Below are positions 14,237 to 34,870 of a stretch of DNA of 64,000 nt, piece by piece. Both the position numbers and the translations under genes were made by a program. The stretch lies in assembly GCF_009914755.1 (NCBI RefSeq), contig NC_060929.1; one strand, given 5' to 3'. The notes under the pieces were generated by a model. That model was given only the letters and a program-made list of their open reading frames with translations. It was not told the origin of the DNA and searched no databases. Positions within the stretch are counted from its first letter, which is position 1. The number at the start of each line of letters is the position of its first letter. The DNA is from the human T2T-CHM13v2.0 reference genome, Homo sapiens.

Positions 14237-14649
14237 CTGTTGAGAGAGATAGAGAGGGGGCATTACTAATGTGACCTCACAAGAGTTAGAATGTATGATC
14301 CGTTCTATATGATGCACCAAAGACTGAGTTCCAAGGAAATTCTGTTGGCTTTGCAGTAATCTACCTGGTTCCCCTTGAAATTTAATCATGACACCTACAA
14401 GCAAAGATCCATGTATAATGCTAAAAGTCTTAAACTTCAAAAAAGTGACTAAGTCCACAAAGACTAGTCCCTACTCCAAGGAGGCTTATGATGTGCCCTA
14501 GGAAAATTATATATGATGTAATTATTATACATATACATGGAGCACCTCCATGTGCCAGTCTCTAGATGGGGTGACAAGTCTCACTCTGGGGAATGTTAGG
14601 CACAGGCTAAAGCCTACACATTCCTGCACCATCAGAACATGATGTTGAC

Positions 14650-14805
14650 CAGGGCTGGCTTCCTGGGCTGCAGGCTGCATATTTGTACCACATAATTAGT
14701 AGCATCCTGTACTTGGTTTCACCATGTCGAAGTTCTCAAACTTTATAATAAGAGGCTCCACACTTTTATTTTACACCAGGTCCTACAAATTGTGAAGCTG
14801 GCCCT
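14650..14805. mobile_element. hAT-type MITE (MER91-like)
   Basis: CAGGGCTGGC...GCTGGCCCT ends and a recalled internal motif. Confidence 0.55.
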
Positions 14806-15384
14806 ATTTATGTACAATGTCTGAGGACCATCCCAGCTCAGAATGGTCATTTTGGGTCTAGGTCATTGAAAAATCCAATGAAAGCTACAAACACATTTTT
14901 CAGAAAATGACCAACTGCAATACATGAAATTGCAAATATATAAAATTGATCTGGAGTTAACCAACCCATGGAATTTAATGACTCTTCTAAGTCTAAGAAC
15001 CATGAGCTACGTGGTTGTTTTAAGTCATCTAGCTAGAACTGCTGAGTGTCTCCTAGTACATGTTAAGCCTTGAGGTCCGATTTTGGTTTGTGCCCTTGAA
15101 ACTCTAATAAATTATTCAGTCCTTTTTACTTATTACATGAGGTGTATTTTTCTCTTCACATGAGATCACTGTGCTGGATATGCAGTTAGTTACCTTGGAG
15201 GTCACTGGGCCCCTTCTATTGCTTCACTTAACTAAAATTCATTAACCATTTACTTTGTGGCAGATCCTGTGCTAGGCGCTAAGAAGATAGCAGAAAACAA
15301 GAGACACATGCTGCTGTCCTCATTAAGCTAACTCTCCACTCTCTGGTTGGAAGGTGAGGGGGACAAATAATAAATGAAAACACA

Positions 15385-15513
15385 AGCTGCGCATGGTGGC
15401 TTATGTAATCCCAGCTACTCGGGAGGCTGAATCAGGAGGATCATTTGAGCCCAGGAGTTTGAGACCAGCCTGGGCAACATAAAGAGACTGTAAACAAACA
15501 AACACATAAATAA
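15385..15513 (+). mobile_element. Alu monomer (FLAM-like) within an L2-like remnant
   Basis: Single Alu arm with A-rich tail. Confidence 0.8.
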
Positions 15514-16058
15514 ATGAGGTAATTACAGACCTTAAGAAGTGTTAAGAAGGAAATGATGTAACTGGGGTAGGTGGGAGAAGAAGTTACTCAGGACTGTCAG
15601 AGGCGAACTCTAAGAAGAAATGAGTTGGAGATGAGACCGGAATGCAACAAAGGAGCCAGTATGTGAAGAGGGAGCACCACAAACAAAAAGCCAAGGGGGA
15701 GAAGAGTGCGGAGTATTTGGGTAACAGAAAGGCAATCTCCTGCCTCAGTTGGAATCCCGCTGACCTGAATTCCAATTGACCTGAAACATAGCTCACAGAG
15801 ACCCCCTGTACATAGTCCAGGTTCCCCAAAATGAAAAGGTAGGAAGTGATTCTTAGCATCTAACTTAAATGCTCTAGTCTTGCTCTCAGAGGACACAGGT
15901 CAGCTGTTGGCATCACACACATATTATCCCATGTCCTAGAAAATACAGTTTTAATCTAAAGCAAAACAAAACAAAACCAAAAAAACAGACTCCCATAGTG
16001 CCCTTAGTGTTTTTGCCTTCATTCGTCATTATGACCACAACCCCAAGGAGCTGCATAC

Positions 16059-16278
16059 CTCTTGTCTTCCATGATTTGTTTCATCTTAAGAGCCAATGTC
16101 TCTGCCTTGAGCTTCTTTAACTGAATAGAAACACCAAACTTTTTGGCTTCTACTCGGACCATGTTTTCAGGCTGGTCTCCAAAGAGAGGGATCCCCACCA
16201 TGGGCACACCATGCTGGATGGCCTCCATTATGCTATTCTGCCCGCCGTGGGTGACAAACAGACGGATGCTTGGGTGAG
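16059..16278 (-). CDS. UGT3A2: UGT3A2 exon 6 (AHPSIRLFVTHGGQNSIMEAIQHGVPMVGIPLFGDQ...EDK)
   Basis: Acceptor CAACAG, donor GTATGC; 220 nt; UDP-sugar binding signature; F391 codon at 16181-16183. Confidence 0.97.
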
Positions 16279-17738
16279 CTGTTGTAAATAAGAAAGAGGG
16301 TGGGACACTTCAGGATGAAAATTTCAAAACATCAGGCAGAGATGAAGGGGATAAGAAAGTGCCAAGGGGATCTAGTGGTGTGTTGGAGACATTGTATCTA
16401 ATGACTGTGCTTGGGACACATCCAATGTTACAGTTCCAAGATACAAGATTCCAAGCGTTGCTATCGTATGGAAACATCTTCCCTCAGCCAGAAATTCAGC
16501 TAAGGCTTAGAATTGAGTGAATTCTGTAGAGAAGAGTGCTAAGCAAGGCATACATCTCTCTGTCCATCCATTCTTCCTTCTCTCTGTCCTCCCTGTGCCT
16601 TTCTTTGCTTCTCTCATCTGTATTCTGTGTGTCTCTCTGTTTCTACCTCCTCTGTCTGCCTATATTGAGCCCTCTTTTATCCACTGACAGCTGATTTCCC
16701 TTTTCTTGTATTCCTGACATATTTGTTGACATCACAACTCATATGTCACTCATAAAACTTGTATTGACCGTATGGTGTCCTCAATTATAAGAGAAGTGCC
16801 TTGAAAGTAGACTGGATCCTTCGCCTCTGTATTTCCAGTTCCTGTCTTTCCATGCCAGCGTTACTTAGAGCTAACTAAAGTGATGGTTGATAATGACAAG
16901 CACATCTCAACCTGGGTCACTCAACTGCAATGTGCATCAGACTCCTTGTCTCTTCTTTGAAATGGGAGGCATATGCCCTACCCCAGAATTTTAAAAAATA
17001 TATTCACAGAAGTAGGACCAGGAATCTACTTCTTAAATTGCCCAGATTCTTTTCAGCCATGATCTTCGTTGTGAATCTCTGCTCTAGTCAGTGTCTATGG
17101 CAGCACAGAGCACAGAGAAAACCTGTTGGGGGTGAGGGAGCTCTCTGGTCCCAGACAACTCGGTAGACCAAATCACCAACTGTGAAGTTGCTAAGCTTGG
17201 CACACAGGTATGTTGGCACATCCTAAAGACATCATTGGCATTAATCTTGTCATGGTAGAAGTTGCTCAGACCCTTAGTAAATTAAGAGGATGTGTCCATA
17301 TTTATGTGTGGATGTGTGTTTGTGTAAGTCCATGTGGTTGAACTGGTGCTCACAAAGTAACTAAAATTTGTGGCACCTCTCCCAACCCCTAGTATATACA
17401 TTCAGAGTTGATAGGTTGTCTTTAATTTTGTTTGGGTGACCTTGTCCAAGACCAAATGCAGTAGGGTTAAAGAGACTTGACAGGAATATCACATAGGACT
17501 GCAGACATCAGGTCTGGGATAGAAAAGAATGAAGGAAAGTTGGCTGCTTTGGCATCTGATCCCATTGGAAGTATAGCCTGGTTTCCCAAGAACTCCAGCT
17601 GGCTGCTACTTTTCTGCCCACTGAGCCTTACCTGTACCATTCACCAGTGGGTACAAATGTCCAGCTAAAGGTCAGAGCCGTGATGAGCCCCAAAGACAGG
17701 TCAGTGGAAGGAGAGGAGCAGTCCTGGGCAGCCCTTAC

Positions 17739-17970
17739 CCAGGAGGTCACTCTGAGGAAGCCAGTCCACAATTTTCACATTTGCAGCCAGGTGGACATCT
17801 TTGGGCCAATGAGAACACTGACACTTCCATATCACCCCTTGGGGTAGGTGAGCAAAGGCATTGTTCATCTCCTTGAAGATTTCCGGATTCTGACAGGTGT
17901 TCACCATGGAGCCCAAGGTCACAAGGACAAAACCAGAGTCCCCAAACTTGGCAATGAAGTTCTCCAAGTC
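17739..17970 (-). CDS. UGT3A2: UGT3A2 exon 5 (DLENFIAKFGDSGFVLVTLGS...WLPQSDLL)
   Basis: Inside ORF 17701..17988; acceptor CTCCAG, donor GTAAGG; 232 nt; start of the UGT signature WLPQSDLL. Confidence 0.97.
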
Positions 17971-18561
17971 CTGGAGAAAGATTACCAAGGTAAAGAGGTG
18001 ACAAAATTATTGGTGAAAGCCTAGTTGACCAGAAAATGAAAGCCAGAGTATTTACTAACACAGTGCCCTGTCCTCACTGTCCCAAAGCTATTATTATAGC
18101 TCCTAGTATAGCTCGATACTAGCTGCACTGTGGTCATGTCCTTTGTGTTGGTGGGAACATCTTTCTTCTTGAAACCCTGACCCTACTATCAGGCCTTTCT
18201 TGACCTTCCACCCATTATAGGTCCAGGGAGTCACAGGAGTTTTCTAAGGTCAGACTAGAGGTAATAGTATCTGGAAGAGTACTAGTAGGTGGCCAGGGTC
18301 CAACACAAGGAGTGGGACTTCTGGAGGCTGGAATGGAGATGCTGGGAGAACACTTCTGTTGCAGGCAGAAATGGTGGCAGCATAGGGTAAGGCTCCTCTT
18401 CATCTACACAAAATGTACCCTTTCAGTGTGTTTTCCTCTAATGTTTTATGATAGTCTCGGTCACTGATCTTTTTGTACATGCTTCATCCTCTACCTCAGT
18501 AGTTCACCCACAGGACTGCAAATTATAACCACAGAAAAATATATTTTAAAAGCAGCAATGC

Positions 18562-25083
<6,522 letters not shown>

Positions 25084-25167
25084 AAAGCAGTAATGCTCTG
25101 TCCCAAAAGCAGGCCTGGACAGCTTATATCTTAAAGTCCCCCAGGTAGCTCTTAACAAAGTTAGTGT

Positions 25168-25640
25168 TTTGAAAGGAAAATAAATCTCAGGATCCCCAAA
25201 TCTAAGCCAAAGAGAAAAGTCAAGCTGGGAACTGCATCAGGCAAAACTTCCTCCCATTCCATTCCTAAACAAGTGTATGTCGGCTCGCTTCCTCTGTCTT
25301 ATTGTTTCACTAACCCAGACTAAGGCATAAGTGATTATTTCTGTAAATTGTGCACTCAGTGAAAGGCTAGTCAGAGACTCCAAAAAATGCAGTTGTTTGT
25401 CTCTTGTCTACCTATGACCTAGAATCCCCTTCTCCGGCCTTTCTGGACCAAACCAATGTTTATCTTACACATATTGATTGGTGTCTCATGTCTCCCTAAA
25501 ATGTATAAAACCAGCCTGTGCCCCAACCACCTTGGGCACATGTCATCAGGACCTCCTGAAGCTGTCATGGGTGCATCCTCAACCTTGGCAAATAAAGTTT
25601 CTAAATTGGTGAGACCAGCGTCATATATTTTGGGCTCACA
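25168..25640 (+). mobile_element. ERV1 solo LTR (MER4A-like)
   Basis: TGAAAGGAAAATAAATCT..AAAAGTCAAGCTGGGAACTG start, TATAAAA, AATAAA, ..CTCACA end. Confidence 0.82.
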
Positions 25641-26534
25641 ATATCTAATGTCTTCATTTTGTGTTTGGCACAATTTTGTCAATTCTTACTTCCAAATATT
25701 TCTTTGAACTCTGATTCTGATTCTCTCTGCCCTACAGGGGCTCACCCCAGCTCCCAACCCATCATTCTATTACGTGGTTCAGACTCTACTGGATTCCAGC
25801 CAGCATACCACTTACCATTCCCAAGGACTTCTTTAAAACAGCCTTGTCATCATTTTTATAATGACAAGGCAACATAAGACCATTATATAAAAATTGGAAA
25901 ATGCAGAGAAGAAACATAATTTTTTTTAAGTGTATATTGTCTCACAGCCATTACAACCCTTACTCCCATTGTTATCCTCTTAACAATGTCCTTCCCTTAC
26001 TCCATGGTGGAGGCCTGATCCACCCACCTGATAGCTAAGGTTTCTGGTAAATCCCCACAGCTTTACTCATGCAATTGAACCTTCTACTCCACTAGTGTAG
26101 CCAGTGCCACCCAGGGAAGCCAGCCTTATGGCCATCTCAATTACATCTCCACGTATTGGGACCCCTGCTCCCCAACCTGGGGTGCTTTCCCTCTCAGCTC
26201 CATTCCTAAAACTTCCTGCCACAAATGCAAAGCCCATATCACCCATAGGTCTTTCCCCAACTCTTCCTGCTCACTCAGTGCAAGTTAAAAGAGTAGACGC
26301 TTGGGTGGCTGCAAAGTCCAGGCCCTTAGGACCTCTGAAATACATGGTGGGGGAAGGACACCTACATCACCTGAGCTTCTGTCCTTCTCCATTTATAAAA
26401 ATGAAGATGATCACACCTCCCTACAGGTGGCAGGATATTAAATATGATAACTTCTGTAAAATGGGAACCCAGTGCTCAGAGGCAACAGGCAGCCAACTCA
26501 TCTTAGCTCTCCTCCTTTTGAAAAATTTCTATAG

Positions 26535-26720
26535 CAGAGGTTCTGAGTTGTGAAACTGCGCTGTGCATTCAAATCACCTGAGCAGCATATGCAAATCACA
26601 GTGGCAGGGGTCCACCCCAGAGAAATCAAGCCAGAAGATCTAGGTGGAGCCAGGAGCCAGGGCTCTACAGGCAGGGAACCCTGGAGATAACACCGGCAGT
26701 TCTTGCTGTCAGACCCAAAC
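26535..26720. mobile_element. MER5-like DNA transposon remnant
   Basis: CAGAGGTTCT..TGCATTCAAATCACCTG..CCACCCCAGAGA motifs. Confidence 0.55.
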
Positions 26721-27150
26721 AGATCCACCCTGCTTACTCCGAATCCATAGTGTTGTCATTTCATTGTGAGCAGCTTATCTCCTTAACAATTACTGCATGT
26801 AATGGGCACTAACTACATGTTTATTGTACATGTGATCACACAAAATAAAAATGCAAACAAAAAATGAAACTTTAATACAGGGCTTATTTTATCAAGGCTA
26901 GGACTAGGGTGTGGCAAGAGAGGAGCCAGAAGAATCCATATAAAGATGCCCTTGATCTCAGGATGGTGCAAGGCCTAACATTATACTTGCACAACACTGA
27001 AACTCATCACTTCCTTTAAAAGCATGCCCTAGGTGCCTCCCTTGCCTATCCCGACTTTAGCCTCAGGATCCTACTGGCAAGTGGCAGCCACCAACTATGC
27101 ACTGAAGGCCTCTGCGTGAATCCCAAACTGAATGCTGAGGGTTCACTTAC

Positions 27151-27682
27151 TTGTGGTACTGGTTTAATAGGTTTTTCCATCAAGCCTCCAACATAAACAG
27201 TGTTGGGAAGCAGAGGTCGAGCAAAATCAAAGGCAAAGTCAGAGTTAATGAACCACAACTCTGCTTTCAGTAGAAGATGAGACAAAACTGGCCTAGAGCC
27301 TTCTGTGAAATGTTCCTTGATGGTGTTGTCAAATGTAGACTGCATGTGCTGTTGCCTCCTGCAGAAACTAAAGAACATCAGAAAATTCTTCACTCGGCCC
27401 CAGAAGTCCATGTGATCAGTCAGCAAGGAACGGAATACTGGAACATAAGACAAGGGGATTGGTAGCCCAAATTCCAAAGAGCCGAATGAAGTGGAAAGAA
27501 TGGCCACAAATGGCTTCCCAAGCTTCTCAGCAATCAGGAAAGGACAGTAGTCAAAAGTTTCAACTATCACCATGTCGAAGTTCTCATTCTTTAAGGAATC
27601 CATGATATCCTTTCTATTTAAAAAATGACTGCACTGCAACGCCAAGTATTCTAGAACATTTAATAAGTTTTCAAATTTTCCT
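27151..27682 (-). CDS. UGT3A2: UGT3A2 exon 4 (RGKFENLL...KPIKPVPQ)
   Basis: Inside ORF 27046..27783; acceptor TTACAG, donor GTAAGT; 532 nt; UGT motifs FDMVIVE, PLSYVP, FDFARPLLPNTVYVGG. Confidence 0.97.
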
Positions 27683-28304
27683 CTGTAAGAAAAAAATGAT
27701 AATAAATATTCATGGGAAGTGTTAAATTTACAGTACATAAAAGTATCTTGAGATACAAAGAAAATATCCCAGGAAAGCAACAACCTTTCTAGCAGTCACC
27801 CACAAATTCAACCAGTTTCCCACAAATACCCTCTGCAATAATTATCCTGGCTTAAATGTTTCTACTCCCTAGAGTGTACCCTTCTCCCTTCCCCTTTTCT
27901 CTCCTTATCCAAATCCCAACCACCATCAATGCCGACTCAAGGTCTTCTACTCTGGGAGCCATCTCTCAGAGCAGCAGATCTCAGAGTTCTATCTCATTGA
28001 TAAATTAGGTGACACTCTGTTTAGCCCTCATTTACACATGGAGTTTTTATGAGTGATTTTCTTATTTATCCAACCAAATTGTGTAAGTAACTTGATGATA
28101 GAGTTTATCAATATTGATGATATGTGCTACGTTTTAGCACTATGTGTTTGCACATAGTAAGGCAATGAGAGATTGCCTCAGTCAAGGAACTCTTTGATTA
28201 TATTACAACCAAAAATCTCAGCCGAAAATGAGAATTCCACCTTTCTACCCCTAGGAGTTAAGCAATGGAAAAAATAAAAGCAAAAGGAACCTGGTTTTTG
28301 AAAC

Positions 28305-28450
28305 GCATTATTTTTTTCTTTATTATTATTCCTTTATTATTTACTTTTATTTGTTATTGTTATTTTACATATTTTATATATTATTTATTTACATATTTGT
28401 TTACTTATTTATATTATTATTTTTATTTAATTATTTATTATTATTTCTTT
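28305..28450. repeat. AT-rich low-complexity (TTA/TTTA)n
   Basis: Direct reading. Confidence 0.85.
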
Positions 28451-28837
28451 CCACCTCAATGCAGGCTGGGGTATTCAGATAAGATAATGTCAAAGCTTTA
28501 CTGACATATGCCTATGCAAAGGGACGATTCTTTTGCAATGTATTCCCAATAATGCCTGCAGAGAATATGATCCTATTTTACAGAATTTTGGGGAAATAGA
28601 TGAGGATGCCTAGGCCAGCTGCAGTAAGTGCAAGAGCTCTAGATATCAGAAACATACTGGCTGCAAGGAAGACTGAGATAATCAATTCCCTGACACACCT
28701 GTAACCTGTACATTGCCCTCCAGTTAGAGAAGGTCCCTCACTAGTGATATGCAGATTGGCTGAAGTCATCCTCTGTTGTAGATTTTTAAAGATTCACATA
28801 ACAAAGGAAAAGTTGCCAAACGTTTTTGAAAATTTCA

Positions 28838-29178
<341 letters not shown>

Positions 29179-29979
29179 TCATATTTAAAATTAAGCTAAT
29201 AAATTAAAGTATTTTAAGAATGCACTCTTAACTATACCTGTCCTTAAAAATATTAAACTGGGTAAGAAAAGACAAGGCATATGCTCAAAATATATAACTA
29301 ACTCTGCGAGATGATATAGGCTAAGTGTCAAATGGGTGGATTAGATCAGACGTATAGAGGAGAGAACGTGGTGTTCCAGCTTGGGTGAGGAGGGAGGCTT
29401 TATGGAAAAAGTCAGATTTGAGCACTACCTTGACTACTGAGTAGAATTTTCCAGGAAAGAAGAGTAGGTAAGGCCACTGCGATTGACCAAGATAGGCATA
29501 GATTTCTGTTTCCTCTTTTATGTCTAAGATTAAAAAGTTATGTGTTCCTTCCCATCGAGATTAAGCAAAAGGAGTCAGTTTCATGTTTCATTTTTACCAG
29601 GTTGATTGCTTTTTAAAAGAACTTTGCATGGCTATATGTTCAACTTCTACAAACCCAATGTTCATAAGCCTTCCCTTTATTTATGAATATATATAAGAAG
29701 AAGGGAAGACAGTAAGTGGGAAAAGGTGACTCTAATTTTCCCACCAACAGTGAAAAGTTGAGGAGCCTATCACAATTTCTGTGTTGGGGAGATTATAGGC
29801 AATTGTTGTAGGTGAAGTGTTGCAAGGAAGTCCCAGAAGAAACAATTTCCCACTTTCTGCAGAAAAGCACTCATGCTCATAGTGTGTAAGAAAGACGGTA
29901 TAAGGAAGAATTTCCAGGGACTTTACTGGATGATGTGGCATGCAGTACTCATCTACTCCCCCTGTCATCTGTCTCTCCA

Positions 29980-30075
29980 TCTATCAATCCATCCATCCAT
30001 CCATCCATCCATCCATCCATCCATTCGTCACTTTCTCTTATCCTCATTCCAAGTATCCATGCATCCATCCATCCA
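29980..30075. repeat. (TCCA)n microsatellite next to the exon 3 donor
   Basis: Direct reading. Confidence 0.9.
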
Positions 30076-30128
30076 TTTGTATTATGAAAATGGTGACCTT
30101 TTTGTTCAAAGAATAAAAAAACAATTAC

Positions 30129-30243
30129 CTGCCACCTAAAGTTTCTTCCAGAAAGAAATCAAAACTCTTTTTAAATTCTCTTTGATGATCTTCAGGTGCA
30201 AGCCAACTGATAACTTGATATGATTTTTCTTCCTTTTTAAAAT
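30129..30243 (-). CDS. UGT3A2: UGT3A2 exon 3 ([38 protein letters not shown])
   Basis: Acceptor TTTCTTAG, donor GTAATT; 115 nt keeps the frame between exons 2 and 4. Confidence 0.95.
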
Positions 30244-31139
30244 CTAAGAAAACAGCAACGGGTTAAAAAAAAAGTTAAATATGCTACACAAAAGAGTAAC
30301 ATTAGCATAACAATATCAAAACTTATTTCAAAGATTATGTATGTATTTGAATGATTGCTTCAAGTATTTTTTAATGTATGCGTTTATTTATTTTTGAGAC
30401 AGAGTCTTGCTCTGTCATTTAGGCTGGAGTGCAATAGCACAATCCTAGCTCATTGCAGTCTCAGCTCCCTTAAAAACCACTGGGATTACAGGTGTGAGAC
30501 ATTGGTATAGTTTGTGTTTAAATACAGTACACATTTGTTTGATTCCAGAGCCTCTGTTCTTTCTGTTTTACAAAAACAATCATTTTTATTATTTAAAGTG
30601 ATACATGCAAATAATTTTTAAATTCAGTCAAAAAGTACTAAAAGACTTCATTAATAGAGTAGTCCCCTACATCTCAACTTGCCTGCTTGGCCCCTTCTTC
30701 ATTATCCATGTGTAATAAGAAGTCTGACTCCATTTTCACTCTTTGCCTCCATTTTCACTCTTTGCCTCTTGACAAATGTCAAGCCCCATTTCCCCTTCCC
30801 AACCCCATGCTTCATCTGAGTAAATTGGTAAGAAAACCCACACACACCTTCTCTCTTATCCCTGGTAGGAGTTTCAATCCATGCAAGTCAGGACAATGAA
30901 AGGAAATCCTCAGCCCATCCTACCCCTCCTCACAGTAAAAACTCAAGCCAGTCATCCCTCCCTGCTCTCTAAAGCCATTTTTCAGATTTGCCTGGGAGCC
31001 TGTCCTGCTATTCTGAAAAAAAGAAAAAAAAATACCTCACCCTATGAGTCATAAACCTCTCATATCTTCTTAATGCATGTGTGCCTTCATCACACCCAAA
31101 TCAAATTTTGTGTAAGGATTGGGGGTATGTTAACAGATA

Positions 31140-31880
31140 GCCCCACATATTAAGGCCCTCATACTCAAGCTAATTAAAATGAAAGACTCTATCCAAGTAT
31201 CTACTGGCAAATACTTTGCAGTCATAGAGTTGGCTAGAATGTTTTTTTCCATGCTGATTTTAACAGGCTCTCAGCCACAGTGTGTCTTTACCTTGGAAGA
31301 AACACAATGCATGGCTACTCATAGTATACTTCAACAGCCCTACTATTGCCCACAATCTTTGCCAGCAAGAGCCACTGCTTCCAGCTTTCTCCAGGAGTAC
31401 AGATATAACATTACATTGAGGGTGTCCTCCTCTGAGGAGATTCATTTGCCACACTCATTTAAGACATAGAAACATTCAAAAAGGAGCTCACAAAGGGGAT
31501 AAGCCATTGTCCCATGCAAAGTATCAGACCCAGTCCCTCACTTAAATTCCAAAGGATCATTTGGTTAGTTGAAGACCTCTCCATCCCCAATACTATTAAG
31601 AAACAATTATTGAGCATCTCTGTGCCCATAATGTTACAAGCCCAACATCTTTTAGGCCTTTTTTACACTTTAAAGACAACATATTCCTTATTTATAAATT
31701 TTACTTAGGTCCACTCATGTTTATTACTTGAAAATCAGCCCACATTGCATAGGAACCCCGGTAACAGAAGGCTCTAGAATCTGTCCAAGTTGCAATACAA
31801 CAGGCTCTCTCATTAGTGCCCGCCAGGGACACCTGCACTGTAAAGGCTTTAGCATCCTCCTTTCATGCCTCCTGGAGTTC
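31140..31880 (+). mobile_element. ERVL-type pol (RT) remnant
   Basis: ORF 31179..31469 YFAVIELARMFFSMLI..QPQCVFT resembles the RT motif IDLANAFFSIP..QFAFT; downstream AQHLLGLF resembles the RT thumb. Confidence 0.75.
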
Positions 31881-32212
31881 TTCTGAGCACCTATCATGGC
31901 TGTTTCAGTTTCCTATTGCTGCTTTAACAAATTACAACAAACTTAGTTGCTTAACACAACACAAGGTATTGTCTTATAGTTCTGGAGATCAGAAGTCCAA
32001 AATGGGTCTCATTAGAATAAAATCAAGGTGTGGGTAGAGCTGCATTTCTTCTGGAGGCTCTGGGGAACGATCCATTTTCTTGCCTTTTCCAGCTTCTCAA
32101 GGCTACCTGCATCCCTGGCTCATGGCCCCCTTCCAACAGGCAATCACATCACTCTGATTTCTTCTTCCATCATCACTTCTTTAACTCTCCTACCATCTTC
32201 TTTCCTTTATAA

Positions 32213-32436
32213 CAGGGGTGTCCAATCTATTGGCTTCCCTGGGCCACATTGGAAGAAGAAGAATTGTCTTGGGCCACACATAAAATACAGTAACACTAAT
32301 GATAGCTAATGAGCTAAAAAGAAATTGCAAAAACAATCTCATAATGTTTTAAGAAAGTTTATGAATTTGTGTTGGGCCACATTCAAAGCTGTCCTGGGCC
32401 ACATGCAGCTGGTGGGCCACGAGTTAGACAAGCTTG
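32213..32436. mobile_element. MER30 hAT-Charlie MITE
   Basis: CAGGGGTGTCCAA...TTAGACAAGCTTG termini; 8-bp TSD CYTTATAA. Confidence 0.92.
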
Positions 32437-33243
32437 CCTTATAAGAACTCTTGTATTTAAACTGGATTCACCTGGGTAATCCATGATAGTCTCCCTGTCT
32501 CAAAATCCTTATATTAATCACATCTGCAAAGATCCTTTTGCCTTTCGAACATGTAAAATAGCACATTCATAATTATAGGAATTCAGACATGTATATCTTT
32601 GGGAGGGAGCATTATTTGCCTACCACAGAGTGTTCTCTAGATCCCAGACATTCATATACACCCCTCATGGAATGAAAATGTATTCATCTTGTCCCAACAT
32701 CCCCCAAAGTCCCAAACAATTATATTATCAATTCAAAGTGAAAAATCTCATCTAAAGCTCATCAGCTCGGAATTCCCAAATCACATCATCCAAATAATCT
32801 ACATCAAGTGTGGGTGAGAGTCTGGGTGTAATCCATTCAGTGGCAAAATTGCTCTCCTTCTGTGGATCTATGAAACTAGGAAAAAATGACCTGCTCCCCA
32901 AAACCAATAGTGGGACAGGCATAGGATACCAATTATAGACATTATTCTAATGGGGGCAAAAAGAAAGTAAAAAAAAAATGAGGTGCCAGTCCCAAGACAT
33001 TTTGACTCCAACTGGGCAAACAAAATTAGGTTTTAAGGACTGGAAATAATCCTGTGGTTTGGCTCAGCCTTCTGGGCTAGAAGCTCTGCCATCTGGGCTC
33101 ATTGCTTCACCTTCAGAGTTTTCCTTCGTTTTTCATGAATCGTTGCATGTGGTTACAGCTGAGTGGTTTGTCAGTTTATTTCCTACTTGCAGAATCTGGG
33201 GAGTTCAACAGCCCTCCTTCCTGTCATATTCTCCTCCCTGTCA

Positions 33244-33427
<184 letters not shown>

Positions 33428-33502
33428 TTTGGGGGGGTACCTTGTGACCCTCGTGGGTATGTCATAGTAATTCATTCCACTAAACAAGAGGCTGCTCTGC
33501 AG

Positions 33503-33814
33503 TTTTTTGTTTTTTGTTTTTTTTCTTTTTTTAGACAGAGTCTCATTCTGTCACCCACCCAGGCTGGAGTGCATGGCACAATCTTGGCTCACTGCAACCT
33601 CTGCCTCCCAGGTTCAAACGATTCATGTGCCTCGGTCCTCTGAGTAGCTGGGATTACAGGCACGAGCCACCATGCCTGGCTAATTTTTGTATTTTAGTAG
33701 AGACAGGGTTGCACCATGTTGGCCAGGCTGGTCTGAAACACCTGACCTCAGGTGATCCGCCTGCATCAGCCTCCCAAAGTGCTGGGATTACAGGTGTGAG
33801 CCACCGTGCCCGGC
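33503..33814 (-). mobile_element. AluS
   Basis: Full dimer. Confidence 0.95.
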
Positions 33815-34405
33815 CTAGGATCCACTGACTTTTAGAAGAGCAAGACCACCAGCTAGTGTCTAGATGTTCACCTCATCATCCTTTTAATATGTTGCCTCTG
33901 TAATGTGGACCATTAAAATCTTTTATCTGGCTGGCTGCCTTATAGTAATATCCCCTCAATTATTTTACTCATTTACTTCTTTTCTTTTATCCCCAACTCC
34001 ATGTGCCTCCTCTCTACCTTGCTGATCTAAGTAGCAATAATATTTTACTTCTATTCCTTTTCCTTTTCATTTCAACCTGTTTATTTTGAACAAGAATAAA
34101 TATCCTTTCAGGGACATGTTCTCATTCCTTTTCACCAGGTCTGTGAGATAGTGATGATCCTCTGTTTATGTTTATTTGCGGAAATAGATATTTTATTTTA
34201 TGTGTAGACTAGTCATTATCTTGTCCTATCCATCTTTTCCATGTTTTCCTTTGTTTGTTTCATTTCCTTTTCCTTTGTTTCATTTCCTAGGATTACAGGC
34301 ATGAGCCACCGCGCCCAGCCTCCACACATCTTTACGAGATAGTTTCATCTTGATTGGTGGCTTCTGCCATTATGGTTGAAGGAATCCATGAGACATACAT
34401 CTAAT

Positions 34406-34870
34406 TGCAGGACAGTTCTCAGGGTGGCCTTGGGCTGACCCTGTTTTCCTCTCTGCTTGTCACTTGTAGTTATCAAGAATAACTGCAGAAAGTGCTGGAA
34501 ATGTAACACTCTGAGATAGAGAGGTACTGGGTGGAATAGCCCAGGCTTTGTTACAGTCTCCACTAGAAACAGGATGTCCTTCAACACTTAGCTTAGTACG
34601 TCATGTTTCTCCAGGGTATAAAACCCAAGGTGGTCTGCACTTCGTGGTCCTTTATCTGCAGGGCAAGTGGGGCATGTACAGTTGAGACTCCATTCATCCC
34701 GGGCAGCTTTCTGAACCTTGGAGGACCAGCTCACAATGAATTTTAGGTTTTGGTTGCTGCCCACGTGCAAGTAATAAATCCACTTCATGGAATTTGTTGC
34801 GTTATGTGGGTGTTCTTTCTTAGCAGACTCAGGCAAGTTGGTAACCAGTGCACACCAAACCTGCTTCATG
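34406..34870 (+). mobile_element. Solo LTR of the same family as the 6799-11884 provirus (MER70-like)
   Basis: Alignable with 6799-7271; perfect 5-bp TSD CTAAT (34401-34405, 34871-34875). Confidence 0.9.

Noticed and set aside
27046-27783. 245-aa ORF as a stand-alone gene
   Set aside because: It is UGT3A2 exon 4 with read-through into both flanking introns; splice sites at 27682 and 27151 explain it
30727-30769. 19-bp tandem duplication (also short ones at about 33221-33253 and 34240-34287)
   Set aside because: Ordinary slippage duplications with no sign of function
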